A stretch of DNA of 40,445 bases from positions 1 through 40,445 of IMG/VR virus record IMGVR_UViG_3300045738_000688. The stretch is one strand, 5' to 3'. The position numbers and the translations under genes are program-made. The notes under the pieces were generated by a model, which saw only the letters and a program-made list of their open reading frames with translations, made no database searches and was not told where the DNA came from. How positions within the stretch are numbered: position 1 is the stretch's first letter; every line of letters starts with the position of its first letter. Shown piece by piece: positions 10,574 through 18,886 of the stretch. The stretch comes from a virus. Lineage: Duplodnaviria; Caudoviricetes.

Positions 10574-10692
10574 CACCAGAACCTACGAGCAGCTTGACGC
10601 TGCTGGATGGTTCCCAACCGAAGAAATTTAATGACACAAGGAATGGTAAGCTCAAACGGAAATAGTCGTGCGCGGACAGTTCGCAAATTAAA

Positions 10693-10971
10693 ATGAAAAT
10701 GAACAATACAAACAAAGCGATTTGGCTATCTGGCATCTTTTCGGCGGTGCTTACTGCGTTTATCATTTCGGTCGTCGTGGACGCGAAGGGCAAGCTGTTA
10801 CAGGCTGTTATTGATAATGTTCGGCAAGATGCGCAAATCTCGCACAACTCGCAAAAATTCGATTCCTTGGAATCTCAAATGAGCGAGATGATGAGCCTAG
10901 CAATCGGCACAAATAATGTCGTCATTCGCGTAGAGGAACGGTTAAAATTTTTTGAACGCACGGCGCGATGA
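10693..10971 (+). CDS. Membrane protein with one TM helix and a coiled coil (holin or i-spanin-like)
   Basis: Hydrophobic AIWLSGIFSAVLTAFIISVVV followed by a coiled-coil-like tail; lysis-cassette position. Confidence 0.55.
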   Translation: MKMNNTNKAIWLSGIFSAVLTAFIISVVVDAKGKLLQAVIDNVRQDAQISHNSQKFDSLESQMSEMMSLAIGTNNVVIRVEERLKFFERTAR

Positions 10972-11105
10972 AAACACTATTAATACTCTGCCTCCTGCTA
11001 TCCGGCTGCGCGTATAAGGGCGACGTGCTCATATACTCCCCGAGGGGCAGCAGCAACGCCATCGAGAAGACCGTGGACGCTGACTCAAACGTCGGCCTGA
11101 AATAA
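10968..11105 (+). CDS. Small lipoprotein, 45 aa (o-spanin-like)
   Basis: Not in the ORF track. MKTLLILCLLLSGCAYKGD... has a lipobox LSG-C; ATGA overlap with the upstream gene and TAATG overlap with the downstream gene. Confidence 0.7.
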   Translation: MKTLLILCLLLSGCAYKGDVLIYSPRGSSNAIEKTVDADSNVGLK

Positions 11106-11701
11106 TGAAGACAGCACACCTCGTCCACGGATTCAACGTCACCGACGGTGGTGCCAACACAACCGACAAGCTCCGTCCTCACTTCGAGGCACGGGGCTTT
11201 CGTGTGGTTGAGCACGACACCGCATGGGGTCATTCGCTGATCCGCAACCTGCTGAGCGTCCGGTTCGGCAATGCCAAGCGTTCCGAGGCACTGGCACAGA
11301 AGATCAAGTCCGGCGACCTGCTGGTAGGCCACAGCAACGGGTGCCTCCTGATCTCGATGGCTTGCTGGCTGCTGGCACAGCTTGAGGAGACTGCCGGAGT
11401 TCGTGTGGTTCTGTTCAATCCAGCAATGGATGTGGACACACCACTGTCACCCGTGATCTCGAATGCACTGGTGTTCCATACGAAGAGCGACAGGACTGTG
11501 TGGTCAGCAAAGCTCCTGAGAGGACACAGGTGGGGCGAGGCTGGTCGAGTGGGACTAGGAGGCGTATCATCTGCTCGCGTCCATAACTGCAGCTACGAGA
11601 CGCTTGGGTTCGAGGATCTGAAGCACTCGGGAATCTTCGAGAGGCAGGGCAGGATTGAGAAAGCGATGGCAGCTGTCGACGATTGGCTCGAGGAGTCCTG
11701 A
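11105..11701 (+). CDS. Alpha/beta hydrolase (esterase/lipase-like)
   Basis: LVHGFN oxyanion motif, GHSNG nucleophile elbow, candidate Asp (KSDRTV) and His (LKHSG). Confidence 0.8.
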   Translation: MKTAHLVHGFNVTDGGANTTDKLRPHFEARGFRVVEHDTAWGHSLIRNLLSVRFGNAKRSEALAQKIKSGDLLVGHSNGCLLISMACWLLAQLEETAGVRVVLFNPAMDVDTPLSPVISNALVFHTKSDRTVWSAKLLRGHRWGEAGRVGLGGVSSARVHNCSYETLGFEDLKHSGIFERQGRIEKAMAAVDDWLEES

Positions 11702-11707
11702 CACAAT

Positions 11708-11746
11708 GAAGCCCGACTCACACCGTTTAAGTGTTCGTCGGGCTTC
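11708..11746. terminator. Hairpin between convergent transcription units
   Basis: GAAGCCCGAC (11708-17) pairs with GTCGGGCTTC (11737-46). Confidence 0.6.
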
Positions 11747-11829
11747 TACTCTACTCTACTCTTACAAGGCTTACCCAGCGTTCCTGTAAGAATCTGCAGG
11801 CTCGTGTGCTGGGAGGCTCTGGTCAAGCG

Positions 11830-11994
11830 TTAACTCAGTTCGATTCGAACGAGTGTTCCATCCTCCATCTGCAGTATGGCATTGCCCCCACGGATGTATG
11901 TCCGGTTGACGATGGACAGGGCGAAGATGAAGTCGGGATCTTTGGCACGGATCTCCTCGAGCGTCTTTGATTTGGCTACGATGTCGTCGATCAT
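11830..11994 (-). CDS. Hypothetical protein, 54 aa
   Basis: Not in the track. MIDDIVAKSKTLEEIRAKDPDF...; preceded by the genome's CACACATC-ATG leader motif. Confidence 0.6.
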   Translation of the reverse strand: MIDDIVAKSKTLEEIRAKDPDFIFALSIVNRTYIRGGNAILQMEDGTLVRIELS

Positions 11995-12003
11995 GATGTG
12001 TGT

Positions 12004-12246
12004 TTACTTTGCGGTTACGCCATCGCGGAGGACGGCAGGGATTTTGAATTTGACTGGCAATCCGGTCACCTCGTCGGTGCCTTTGATTCTCCATGTGAGG
12101 GTGACCTTGTGATTGGCGCGGTTCCTCCAGAAGTAGACCTTCTCGATACGCATGGATCTTCCAGTGCGTGGGTGTCCGATTAGGTCTCCGGCGCGGTAGT
12201 AAGGGACTTGGCAGTCGGCTGCTGTTGTGCGGTCTGTGCGGCTCAT
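12004..12246 (-). CDS. Hypothetical protein
   Basis: 80 aa; ATGA-type overlap with the upstream gene in the leftward operon. Confidence 0.6.
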   Translation of the reverse strand: MSRTDRTTAADCQVPYYRAGDLIGHPRTGRSMRIEKVYFWRNRANHKVTLTWRIKGTDEVTGLPVKFKIPAVLRDGVTAK

Positions 12247-12461
12247 GCTTCGTCCTCCAATTCTGATAGTGCTACGGTGTCCACGAGGATCTCTCCTGTG
12301 CGACTGAGGAAGCCCATGCTGATGAGGTCTCGAGCAGTCCGTCCGTAGCAGCCCTGAAGCTGCCAGACGGAACCGTCCTTGATGCCTGCAGAGAACATTT
12401 CGAGGACTCCCTGAGAGTCCAGTTCACCTGATTCGAATGATATGATGTCGTTGATATTCAT
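12243..12461 (-). CDS. Conserved small phage early protein
   Basis: IISFESGEL...F...I.DG.VWQLQGCYGRTA..LI..G pattern, recurrent in phage early regions; function unknown. Confidence 0.7.
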   Translation of the reverse strand: MNINDIISFESGELDSQGVLEMFSAGIKDGSVWQLQGCYGRTARDLISMGFLSRTGEILVDTVALSELEDEA

Positions 12462-12466
12462 GATGA

Positions 12467-12661
12467 TTATGCGTTGATGTCTTGGATGTAGTATTGGACG
12501 GTGCCGGATACGAAGTTGCAGATCGCTACGAGATTGCAGCCGTGTGCGTGGTAGAAGGTGGACTCAGCGAGCTCAGTCTTCTTGTAGTCGCGCCATGATC
12601 GCTCGTCGTTTCCGATGAGGAGGAGGGCTGCTTCTTTGGTGATTTCGATTGAATGTTCCAT
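12467..12661 (-). CDS. Hypothetical protein, first gene of the leftward operon
   Basis: 64 aa; preceded by a CACACACATCACATC leader and promoter P1. Confidence 0.65.
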   Translation of the reverse strand: MEHSIEITKEAALLLIGNDERSWRDYKKTELAESTFYHAHGCNLVAICNFVSGTVQYYIQDINA

Positions 12662-12700
12662 GATGATTTTGGTTGATGTGATGTGTGTGATTCGACCAAC

Positions 12701-12748
12701 ATAATGGGCATAGTTTAGTAGGCGTCAAGCCCCGACCTACTAAAGTTT
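12701..12748 (-). promoter_or_regulatory. Leftward promoter/operator P1
   Basis: Minus strand: AAACTTTAGTAGGTC-GGGGC-TTGACG-16 nt-CATTAT; inverted repeat TTTAGTAGG/CCTACTAAA flanks the -35 box. Confidence 0.7.
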
Positions 12749-12759
12749 AATCCTTATTT

Positions 12760-13300
12760 GAAATGACTGCTGTGGTGGCTACGGCACAGTTTCCCCCTAC
12801 CCATAGAGCAGAGAGAAACAGTGACCGTAATAATACATCCTTGAAATAACAGGGGATGACTTTTCGCTACCCTCTCCGATGCTGGCTTCAGTTTCCGATG
12901 AATGGGCATGATAGCAAGAGGGGTCACACGTCCGGTATGTTGGACGATCCGTATTAAGTATCCTCCGTTTTGCATGGAAGGATACACCGTGCAGACTTGG
13001 GCTTAAACGCTCGCTCCGCTGGACTGAGACCGAAAAAGACCTCAGTGCTTGGCGGCAAAACTGAGGTCTTCTAAAGTGCTCTGGGAGCTGTAAAGTGTAT
13101 CCATGCCGCCAAGCTTGGTGTATCTTTCGATGCCCCCACAAATGCAGCTCAAGGGGATCAGGTCAAGCCTATATGCTAAGAAGTCACCATCGGGATCTCC
13201 CAACAGTGACTTCAAACGAAACCTGCCACTCGGATCTCCAAGGGGCAGGCCACACATCATACTTTTTATTATGAATCAGGTATCATCACAAACCTGATGC
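12760..13300 (-). ncRNA. Candidate structured non-coding RNA or replication-origin region
   Basis: No convincing ORF; several hairpins, with G-U pairs favouring the minus strand, plus long-range complementarities (see findings). Confidence 0.45.
13033..13070 (-). terminator. Rho-independent terminator/attenuator with a pairing-competent loop
   Basis: Stem AAGACCTCAG/CTGAGGTCTT with a U-run on the minus strand; loop 13047-13057 is the exact complement of 13104-13114. Confidence 0.65.
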
Positions 13301-13355
13301 TGCTATCAATGCGGTGCCGGATGCGGGTTTCAAGGGTGAAGCGAATTATTTTGAG

Positions 13356-13402
13356 AAACTTTAGTAAGTCTATTGACAACCTACTAAACTTCTGATCTAA
13401 CT
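13356..13402 (+). promoter_or_regulatory. Rightward promoter/operator P2
   Basis: AAACTTTAGTAAGTC-TA-TTGACA-A-CCTACTAAAC; perfect -35 box, unclear -10 box. Confidence 0.6.
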
Positions 13403-13450
13403 CTTCTCATCGGCAGCAATGCCACGTTCTTTCAAATCAATTATGCTTGG

Positions 13451-13640
13451 GGCTACAGGCAACCGAGGTTCGACTCCTCGGGTGTAACTGGCAAATGCTA
13501 TTTACATCTGTATACTGAGCACCAATCTCCCTCCAGACGACTAGGGGTAGTCGCCTTAAACCGGATCAGTAGTCCGGTGTCGTGTGAATCGACGGAGGAC
13601 TCTTTCAAGTTCGGTTCCGCTAGGAGGTGCTCTAGTCGGA
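13451..13640 (+). ncRNA. tRNA-like structured leader (T-arm hairpin plus cloverleaf)
   Basis: CCGAGG-TTCGACT-CCTCGG (13463-81); four-way junction at 13530-13598; not a canonical tRNA. Confidence 0.5.
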
Positions 13641-13707
13641 CAAAGAAGCGACGCACGTTAATCTGCCTTGCCGAACAACATTTCACCACACACATCACAT
13701 CATCATC

Positions 13708-14112
13708 ATGAATCTCAGACCAATACATCTACGCAGCGACCTTGAGCAGCACTTCCGCAACAATGCGGCCTTGGCACTTCTGGAGCACCACCGTCTCTTC
13801 CACAGCGAAGGCTGGAGCGGCAACACGCACCTCGAAGGCATCAAGTGGGGTCTCTACATCGGATACAAGCAAGCAGCCGAACAGCTATCTCTGGGCATCA
13901 CCAGTGCAGTCCCGAAGGGGGACATCGAATACGACGCACTGAACCGTGTCGTCCGTGTCCACGCTAAGAAGCACGGTTACGCACATCTCTCCGGCGACCA
14001 GCCTTACGGCACGCCAGTCCACCTCAAGCAACTGATTGACACAGCTTCAGCAGATCACGAAGCTGGCAATCGTCCAAAGCTCACACCAGACCGTGCAAAT
14101 CCGCACGACTAA
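13708..14112 (+). CDS. Hypothetical protein
   Basis: 134 aa; CACACATCACATCATCATC-ATG leader. Confidence 0.7.
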   Translation: MNLRPIHLRSDLEQHFRNNAALALLEHHRLFHSEGWSGNTHLEGIKWGLYIGYKQAAEQLSLGITSAVPKGDIEYDALNRVVRVHAKKHGYAHLSGDQPYGTPVHLKQLIDTASADHEAGNRPKLTPDRANPHD

Positions 14113-14137
14113 TCAATAACCGAAAGGAACACATAAT

Positions 14138-14479
14138 ATGTATAGCAAATCAGTAATCGACCGTATCAACGGCACCGCAGCTCCAAAAGAGCCAATCCAA
14201 CTCTCAGCATACGACGTCAGCAGTGGCATCGGGCTTACGAGTCGCAATGAGCACGACCTGCCTCGCGTGGGTCTCGCAGTCCCAGAGGGCTTCGTAACAG
14301 AAGGAGATCCGGTGAAAATCCAGCTCCACACGAACGTCGAAGGGACTAGCGAGTTGACGCTCGCAGCAGTCCGTGAGCACGTTCTCGGGGCATACTCGGA
14401 GAATCCATCGCTATACTTCGGTATCGCCAACCACGGGCAAGACTGGGGCAACCTTCAGGCGTATCGCAAGGTCGCATAA
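14138..14479 (+). CDS. Hypothetical protein
   Basis: 113 aa; AAAGGA and ACACATAAT upstream. Confidence 0.7.
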   Translation: MYSKSVIDRINGTAAPKEPIQLSAYDVSSGIGLTSRNEHDLPRVGLAVPEGFVTEGDPVKIQLHTNVEGTSELTLAAVREHVLGAYSENPSLYFGIANHGQDWGNLQAYRKVA

Positions 14480-14548
14480 TTCCTACCCTAACCCACAACC
14501 AACCTCGCGTGGCCGTCTCGCGAATCACAAATCAGGCGGCAAACAACC

Positions 14549-14719
14549 ATGCCAGAATCTAATCCAGAAAAGCGCGTCCGTCTCGGGTGCATGATTAAGC
14601 CGGAGAACCTCGCTGCCGTTAAGCGCATCAAGGATGACACCAGAGCACGATCCGAGGGCGTTGTCCTCGACGATGCAATCGAACGCCACGAAAAGGCACT
14701 CACCAGCAAGCGCAAGTAG
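14549..14719 (+). CDS. Putative ribbon-helix-helix DNA-binding protein, 56 aa
   Basis: Not in the track. MPESNPEKRVRLGCMIKPENLAAVKRIKDDTRARSEGVVLDDAIERHEK shows a beta-alpha-alpha pattern and fills the gap before erf. Confidence 0.55.
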   Translation: MPESNPEKRVRLGCMIKPENLAAVKRIKDDTRARSEGVVLDDAIERHEKALTSKRK

Positions 14720-14745
14720 CTCGCACAACCACACACATCATCACT

Positions 14746-15459
14746 ATGAAACTGAATCTCATTCAGAACGAATTAAAGGCTCCCAAGGGGCAGTATAACA
14801 ATTTCGGCAAATACAAATACCGGAACTGCGAAGACATCCTCGAAGCACTCAAGCCACTACTGCTGAAGCATGAATGCGCTCTTATCGTATCAGACGAACT
14901 CGTCATGATCGGAGAGCGATACTACGTGAAGGCAACAGCTACCCTGACGGTATGCGAGAACGGTGCTCTTTACACTGTCACTGCATACGCTCGTGAAGAG
15001 GAGAACAAGAAGGGCATGGACGGAGCACAAGTCACCGGAGCTGCGTCATCCTATGCACGTAAGTATGCCTTAAACGGTCTCTTCGCTATCGATGATACCA
15101 AGGATGCCGATACGCAGGACAACACCTCAGCAGAGAAAGCAGCTCCAGCCCCAGTGCCACCACAGCAGAAGCTCGTGCAACTACTCGCTGCCAAAAAGGA
15201 AGCGAAGTGGTTCGAGGTTAAGCCGTTTACGAGGGGTGCCTTCAAGGGCAAGGAGCTGGCAGAGGTTGTCGTTCTTGCCGGAGCCGAGGTTGCACTTATC
15301 GCGATGGGGAAATACGTGGAGTCATACTACCCGCAATACCCACTAGCCAAAGAGCGGCTCAAGTCCGCTATCGCAGAGGCTAGATCCAACTCAGAAAAGG
15401 CCGAACTCGAAGGACTCGAGCAAGGCATCCAACACGAATCAGCAGGAGACCGAGACTAG
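14746..15459 (+). CDS. erf: ERF-family single-strand annealing protein
   Basis: [28 protein letters not shown]...[28 protein letters not shown] signature. Confidence 0.92.
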   Translation: MKLNLIQNELKAPKGQYNNFGKYKYRNCEDILEALKPLLLKHECALIVSDELVMIGERYYVKATATLTVCENGALYTVTAYAREEENKKGMDGAQVTGAASSYARKYALNGLFAIDDTKDADTQDNTSAEKAAPAPVPPQQKLVQLLAAKKEAKWFEVKPFTRGAFKGKELAEVVVLAGAEVALIAMGKYVESYYPQYPLAKERLKSAIAEARSNSEKAELEGLEQGIQHESAGDRD

Positions 15460-15463
15460 AATT

Positions 15464-15820
15464 ATGAGCAACGAATTAACAGGAACAGTAAAAGCAATCT
15501 TCGACGAGCAGACGTTCGCATCGGGATTCAATAAGCGCGAGATCGTCGTCACAGACAGCTCGGATAAATACCCACAGGACATCAAGTTCGAGTGCATGAA
15601 GGACAAGGTCGCACAGATCTCCGGCCTCATTGTAGGGGATCAGGTAACCGTGACCTACGACCTCCGTGGCAATGAGTATAACGAAAAATACTACGTGACA
15701 CTCGCAGCATGGAAGATCGAGCGTCTCGGTGAGAAGCGCAAAGCACCAGTCGCAGCAGATCCAGCGCAGCCATCACTACCTACGGTGGATGATCCTCTCG
15801 ACGAGGAACCACCCTTCTAG
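15464..15820 (+). CDS. DUF3127-family OB-fold ssDNA-binding protein
   Basis: FNKREIVVT...KYPQDIKFE...[19 protein letters not shown] with acidic tail [10 protein letters not shown]; follows erf. Confidence 0.85.
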   Translation: MSNELTGTVKAIFDEQTFASGFNKREIVVTDSSDKYPQDIKFECMKDKVAQISGLIVGDQVTVTYDLRGNEYNEKYYVTLAAWKIERLGEKRKAPVAADPAQPSLPTVDDPLDEEPPF

Positions 15821-15844
15821 CCAACCATAGTCACCCCACCCACT

Positions 15845-15875
15845 GCCTGTCCTCTCTTCGGAGTTGACGGGCTTT
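15845..15875 (+). terminator. UUCG-capped hairpin (terminator or processing site)
   Basis: GCCTGTC..CTC-TTCG-GAG..GACGGGC-TTT; the U-tail is short. Confidence 0.4.
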
Positions 15876-15934
15876 GAGGTGTCCACGTTGGACATCAATC
15901 ACACATCAATCACACATCAAAGGAAATCATCATT

Positions 15935-16210
15935 ATGAAAGGTATTGAACGCACATTAGTCATTCAGCACATGGTCGAAAATGCCCACGGGCTCCGTCAG
16001 GAGAAGATGGTAGAGCTAGATCGAGCTATCAGGGAAGCCACAGGCATCGTCACACCATACAGCACGCTCGGGAAACTCCGTCGAGACCTTGGGTGGCCTA
16101 GCTTGTCGGTGAAGCTAGTAAAGGTTGGAACTCGGGTTGAGAAGCTCGAGGAAACCGTCTCCTATCTCTTCACACAGCTCAACATCGACCTGCCAGAACG
16201 TCTCAAGTAA
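15935..16210 (+). CDS. Hypothetical protein
   Basis: 91 aa; tandem CACACATCAA leader plus AAGGA. Confidence 0.7.
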   Translation: MKGIERTLVIQHMVENAHGLRQEKMVELDRAIREATGIVTPYSTLGKLRRDLGWPSLSVKLVKVGTRVEKLEETVSYLFTQLNIDLPERLK

Positions 16211-16220
16211 TTCACATCGA

Positions 16221-16258
16221 ACGGGGAGCGGCATCCTACACTGCACACACATCATGAA
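16221..16258 (+). repeat. 38-bp leader repeat, copy 1
   Basis: ACGGGGAGCGGCATCCTACACTGCACACACATCATGAA; 37/38 identical to 21912-21949. Confidence 0.9.
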
Positions 16259-17108
16259 ATCACACGAATTAGCAATACCATCAGTTGACGAATCTAAAGC
16301 CCAAGAGCTGTTTAACGGGGACGGTCTGAAGCTGACTGTAGACTCAATCGAGAAGCAGATCAAACAGCTCTCCCTCGATCCAGCCAACCCGAGCGACTAC
16401 AAGAAGTTCGGTTCCATCAAACTCCAGATCGGGAAGTTCTTCTCTGCCGTAGACCGTGCAGGCAAGAGCATCGTCGATCCGATGAACGCAATCATCAAGG
16501 AGACCAACTCCCAGCGCAAGGTCATCAAGGATCGCGGCATCGACATCAAGGCAGACTTCATGCTGGTGCGCGACCAATACGACGAGGAGGTCGCAGCCTA
16601 CACCAAGGCGATCAACGACCTCGGGGAACTGCTCCAATACGGACACATCAAGCTCGCTGAGTTCCGCAAGCCAACCGAGGCTGAGTGGCGAACGTTCCTC
16701 ACGGACGTCTCTGCCGCTGAAGTGTCGATGTCATTGCAAGGTGATCGCTACGATGAGTTCGTTAAGCTCAAGGCCGAGTCCATCGACCTTAACCAGCGTC
16801 GATACGATGAGTTCATCGAAACCGAGAAGGCACTGGAGGCCGGACGAATCGCTCTAGCCCGTGAGGATGACGCAGAGGCTGCTGGACGCCATGCGGCACG
16901 TCAGAAGGCAGTGACACCTACTGCGGCACCGAAGCCAGACGGCAAGGCACCTGCTGTCACTGAGCCGACTGACGCTGAGATCCTGAGTGCCTGCAAGAAC
17001 ACCATCTTCAAGGATCTGGTTGATTTCGGTCTGGAGAAGACAGCAGCGAAGCAACTCGTAATCGCCATCGCGGAAGGTCGCATTCCAAACCTCCAAATCG
17101 TCGTCTAA
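16254..17108 (+). CDS. Conserved coiled-coil phage protein
   Basis: ATG at 16254 lies inside the leader repeat; C-terminal AKQLVIAIAEGRIPNLQI resembles a family found in phage recombination regions. Confidence 0.7.
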   Translation: MKSHELAIPSVDESKAQELFNGDGLKLTVDSIEKQIKQLSLDPANPSDYKKFGSIKLQIGKFFSAVDRAGKSIVDPMNAIIKETNSQRKVIKDRGIDIKADFMLVRDQYDEEVAAYTKAINDLGELLQYGHIKLAEFRKPTEAEWRTFLTDVSAAEVSMSLQGDRYDEFVKLKAESIDLNQRRYDEFIETEKALEAGRIALAREDDAEAAGRHAARQKAVTPTAAPKPDGKAPAVTEPTDAEILSACKNTIFKDLVDFGLEKTAAKQLVIAIAEGRIPNLQIVV

Positions 17109-17305
17109 TGAAAGACCTATTCGACCAAGCCGAGGAGGAGCGGCAGCGGATTGCCCGTGAACTGCGCGGCGGTGCTCCAGTCCCTTCGGCCTTTCTGCCG
17201 TTACCAGTCCACACCGGACTGCCTATCGAAAACTCGCGGAACTGCCGTGGCCGGAAGCACAAGTTTCCACGCTTCAGCCGTTCCAAATACTCTCCGGCCA
17301 TCTAA
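17108..17305 (+). CDS. Hypothetical protein
   Basis: 65 aa; TAATG coupling to the upstream gene. Confidence 0.45.
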   Translation: MKDLFDQAEEERQRIARELRGGAPVPSAFLPLPVHTGLPIENSRNCRGRKHKFPRFSRSKYSPAI

Positions 17306-17338
17306 GGCCACAGCACAACGTAAACCAATAATATCGAA

Positions 17339-17866
17339 ATGAGCATCAGGCTTAAAAAATACACACGGAAACCGTCCTTCATCGAATGCGTCTGGGAAGA
17401 GCGCAACTCACAGGGCGAATACGAGGAGAAATCCTGCAAGTTCAAAGAGGCACCACACCCTATCCTCGCCACAGCAGTCCTCGACCTGAAGAACTCCATC
17501 AAGGTCGTCCTCGAAGTCCCTGTGAAGTGGATGGAGAGCGTCGCGGCAGTCGGTGGGTTCAGCGTCCACCGCACTGAGGCCGGAGTCCGGTCACTCGAAG
17601 TGAAGTTCACGAAGGGATTCAAGATCGGCAACACGAAGGAATACACGACACCGCAGTTCCGCATCGACCCAGCGGACGAAGCCGAGGACAACCAGAGCGT
17701 GCTGTGGATCGACGATGCCCTGCTCTGCGTCACTGCAATCGATGCCGTGGAAGCCTACATCCAAGGCGACCGACAGCAGATGACCCTCGACGGTATCGAG
17801 AAAACGGTAGTCGGTGCCAACGAAGCCGAGGGCAAAGAACTCGACCTCGAAGCAGAGGAAGAGTAG
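17339..17866 (+). CDS. Hypothetical protein
   Basis: 175 aa; genome-typical codon usage; acidic C-terminus. Confidence 0.75.
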   Translation: MSIRLKKYTRKPSFIECVWEERNSQGEYEEKSCKFKEAPHPILATAVLDLKNSIKVVLEVPVKWMESVAAVGGFSVHRTEAGVRSLEVKFTKGFKIGNTKEYTTPQFRIDPADEAEDNQSVLWIDDALLCVTAIDAVEAYIQGDRQQMTLDGIEKTVVGANEAEGKELDLEAEEE

Positions 17867-17889
17867 CACCGAGCACCATGAAGAATCTG

Positions 17890-17928
17890 AGGCCACCCAC
17901 CGCAATGCATGGGTGGCCTTTTTCTTTT
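17890..17928 (+). terminator. Rho-independent terminator
   Basis: AGGCCACCCA/TGGGTGGCCT stem followed by TTTTCTTTT. Confidence 0.85.
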
Positions 17929-17929
17929 C

Positions 17930-17977
17930 AAACTTTAGTAGGTCTGAGCTTGACCTGCACCTGCAAGTCCCTACCGT
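17930..17977 (+). promoter_or_regulatory. Promoter/operator P3 (left arm only)
   Basis: AAACTTTAGTAGGTC-TGAGC-TTGACC-16 nt-TACCGT, immediately after the terminator. Confidence 0.6.
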
Positions 17978-18004
17978 TGCCAGTGAATCATCACACACAT
18001 CATC

Positions 18005-18886
18005 ATGAAACCAAGACTAGCAATATCATTTTCAGGGGGCAGGACTTCAGCCGTAATGACGAAACTTTGCGTCGATCAGTTTGCGAGCACTCACGACATC
18101 TCTGTAACCTTCGCAAACACTGGAGCAGAGCACGAGAATACGCTTAAATTCGTAGACCAGTGTGATAGACATTTCGGTTGGAACGTCGCATGGATTGAGG
18201 CCGTAGTGAATCCAGATAAGGGAAAAGGCATTCGCCACAGGGTTGTAACCTTCGAGAACGCATCCCGAAATGGGGAGCCATTCGAGGCATACATTGAGAA
18301 ATATGGGATGCCCGACATGAACCATAATCATTGCACCTCCCGACTGAAAGAGGATGTGATGTATGCCTATCGACGCGACGTTCTGGGATGGGGCAGATCA
18401 ACCTACTGGACTGCCATAGGCATTCGTTCCGATGAAGTTGATCGCGTATCATCGAAGCGTATCGAAAATAAGCTACTCTACCCACTCGTTGAAGCTGGCT
18501 GGACTAAAGAGGACGTGAAGGAAGAATGCAAAAAATGGCCTTTCGATCTCGACCTGAAAGGTGAGCACTACGGCAACTGTGTATGGTGCTGGAAGAAGAG
18601 CTTCCGCAAGTTGCTGACCTTAGCTAAAGAGGATGAGAGTGTCTTCGACTTCCCTATCAGGATGGAGGCCAAGCACGCATGGACGAATAATACAGGAGAC
18701 AGTGATCGCGTAATGTTCCGATCCCGACGCAAGGCGATTGACATCATCGAGCTGGCAAGGACGCTAGATTTCGAGCCTTACAGTGACATTGACCAAGCTC
18801 AAATGTTCAGCAGCGCATCCTACGACCTTTTCCTAGACACCGGATCTGCCTGCGGGGAATCCTGCGAGATCGGTGCCGACGACTAA
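18005..18886 (+). CDS. PAPS reductase-like (PP-loop adenine nucleotide alpha hydrolase) protein
   Basis: SFSGGRTS PP-loop, FANTG.E, CTSRLK, IGIRSDE, YPL, GNCVWCWKKS and C-terminal CGESCE. Confidence 0.85.
   Translation: MKPRLAISFSGGRTSAVMTKLCVDQFASTHDISVTFANTGAEHENTLKFVDQCDRHFGWNVAWIEAVVNPDKGKGIRHRVVTFENASRNGEPFEAYIEKYGMPDMNHNHCTSRLKEDVMYAYRRDVLGWGRSTYWTAIGIRSDEVDRVSSKRIENKLLYPLVEAGWTKEDVKEECKKWPFDLDLKGEHYGNCVWCWKKSFRKLLTLAKEDESVFDFPIRMEAKHAWTNNTGDSDRVMFRSRRKAIDIIELARTLDFEPYSDIDQAQMFSSASYDLFLDTGSACGESCEIGADD

Noticed and set aside
11746-11765. (CTACT)n microsatellite after the hairpin
   Set aside because: Only about three units; too short to interpret.
12754-13297. ORFs 12754-12987, 12797-13141, 13042-13260 and 13103-13297
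   Set aside because: They overlap each other, have atypical composition, lack good starts and cross hairpins and a terminator.
13451-13600. Canonical tRNA gene
   Set aside because: A T-arm and a cloverleaf are present, but there is no proper D-arm, U33, 7-bp acceptor stem or CCA; kept only as a tRNA-like element.
18005-18886. cysH auxiliary metabolic gene
   Set aside because: Only superfamily motifs are visible and the context is DNA replication, so no gene symbol was assigned.
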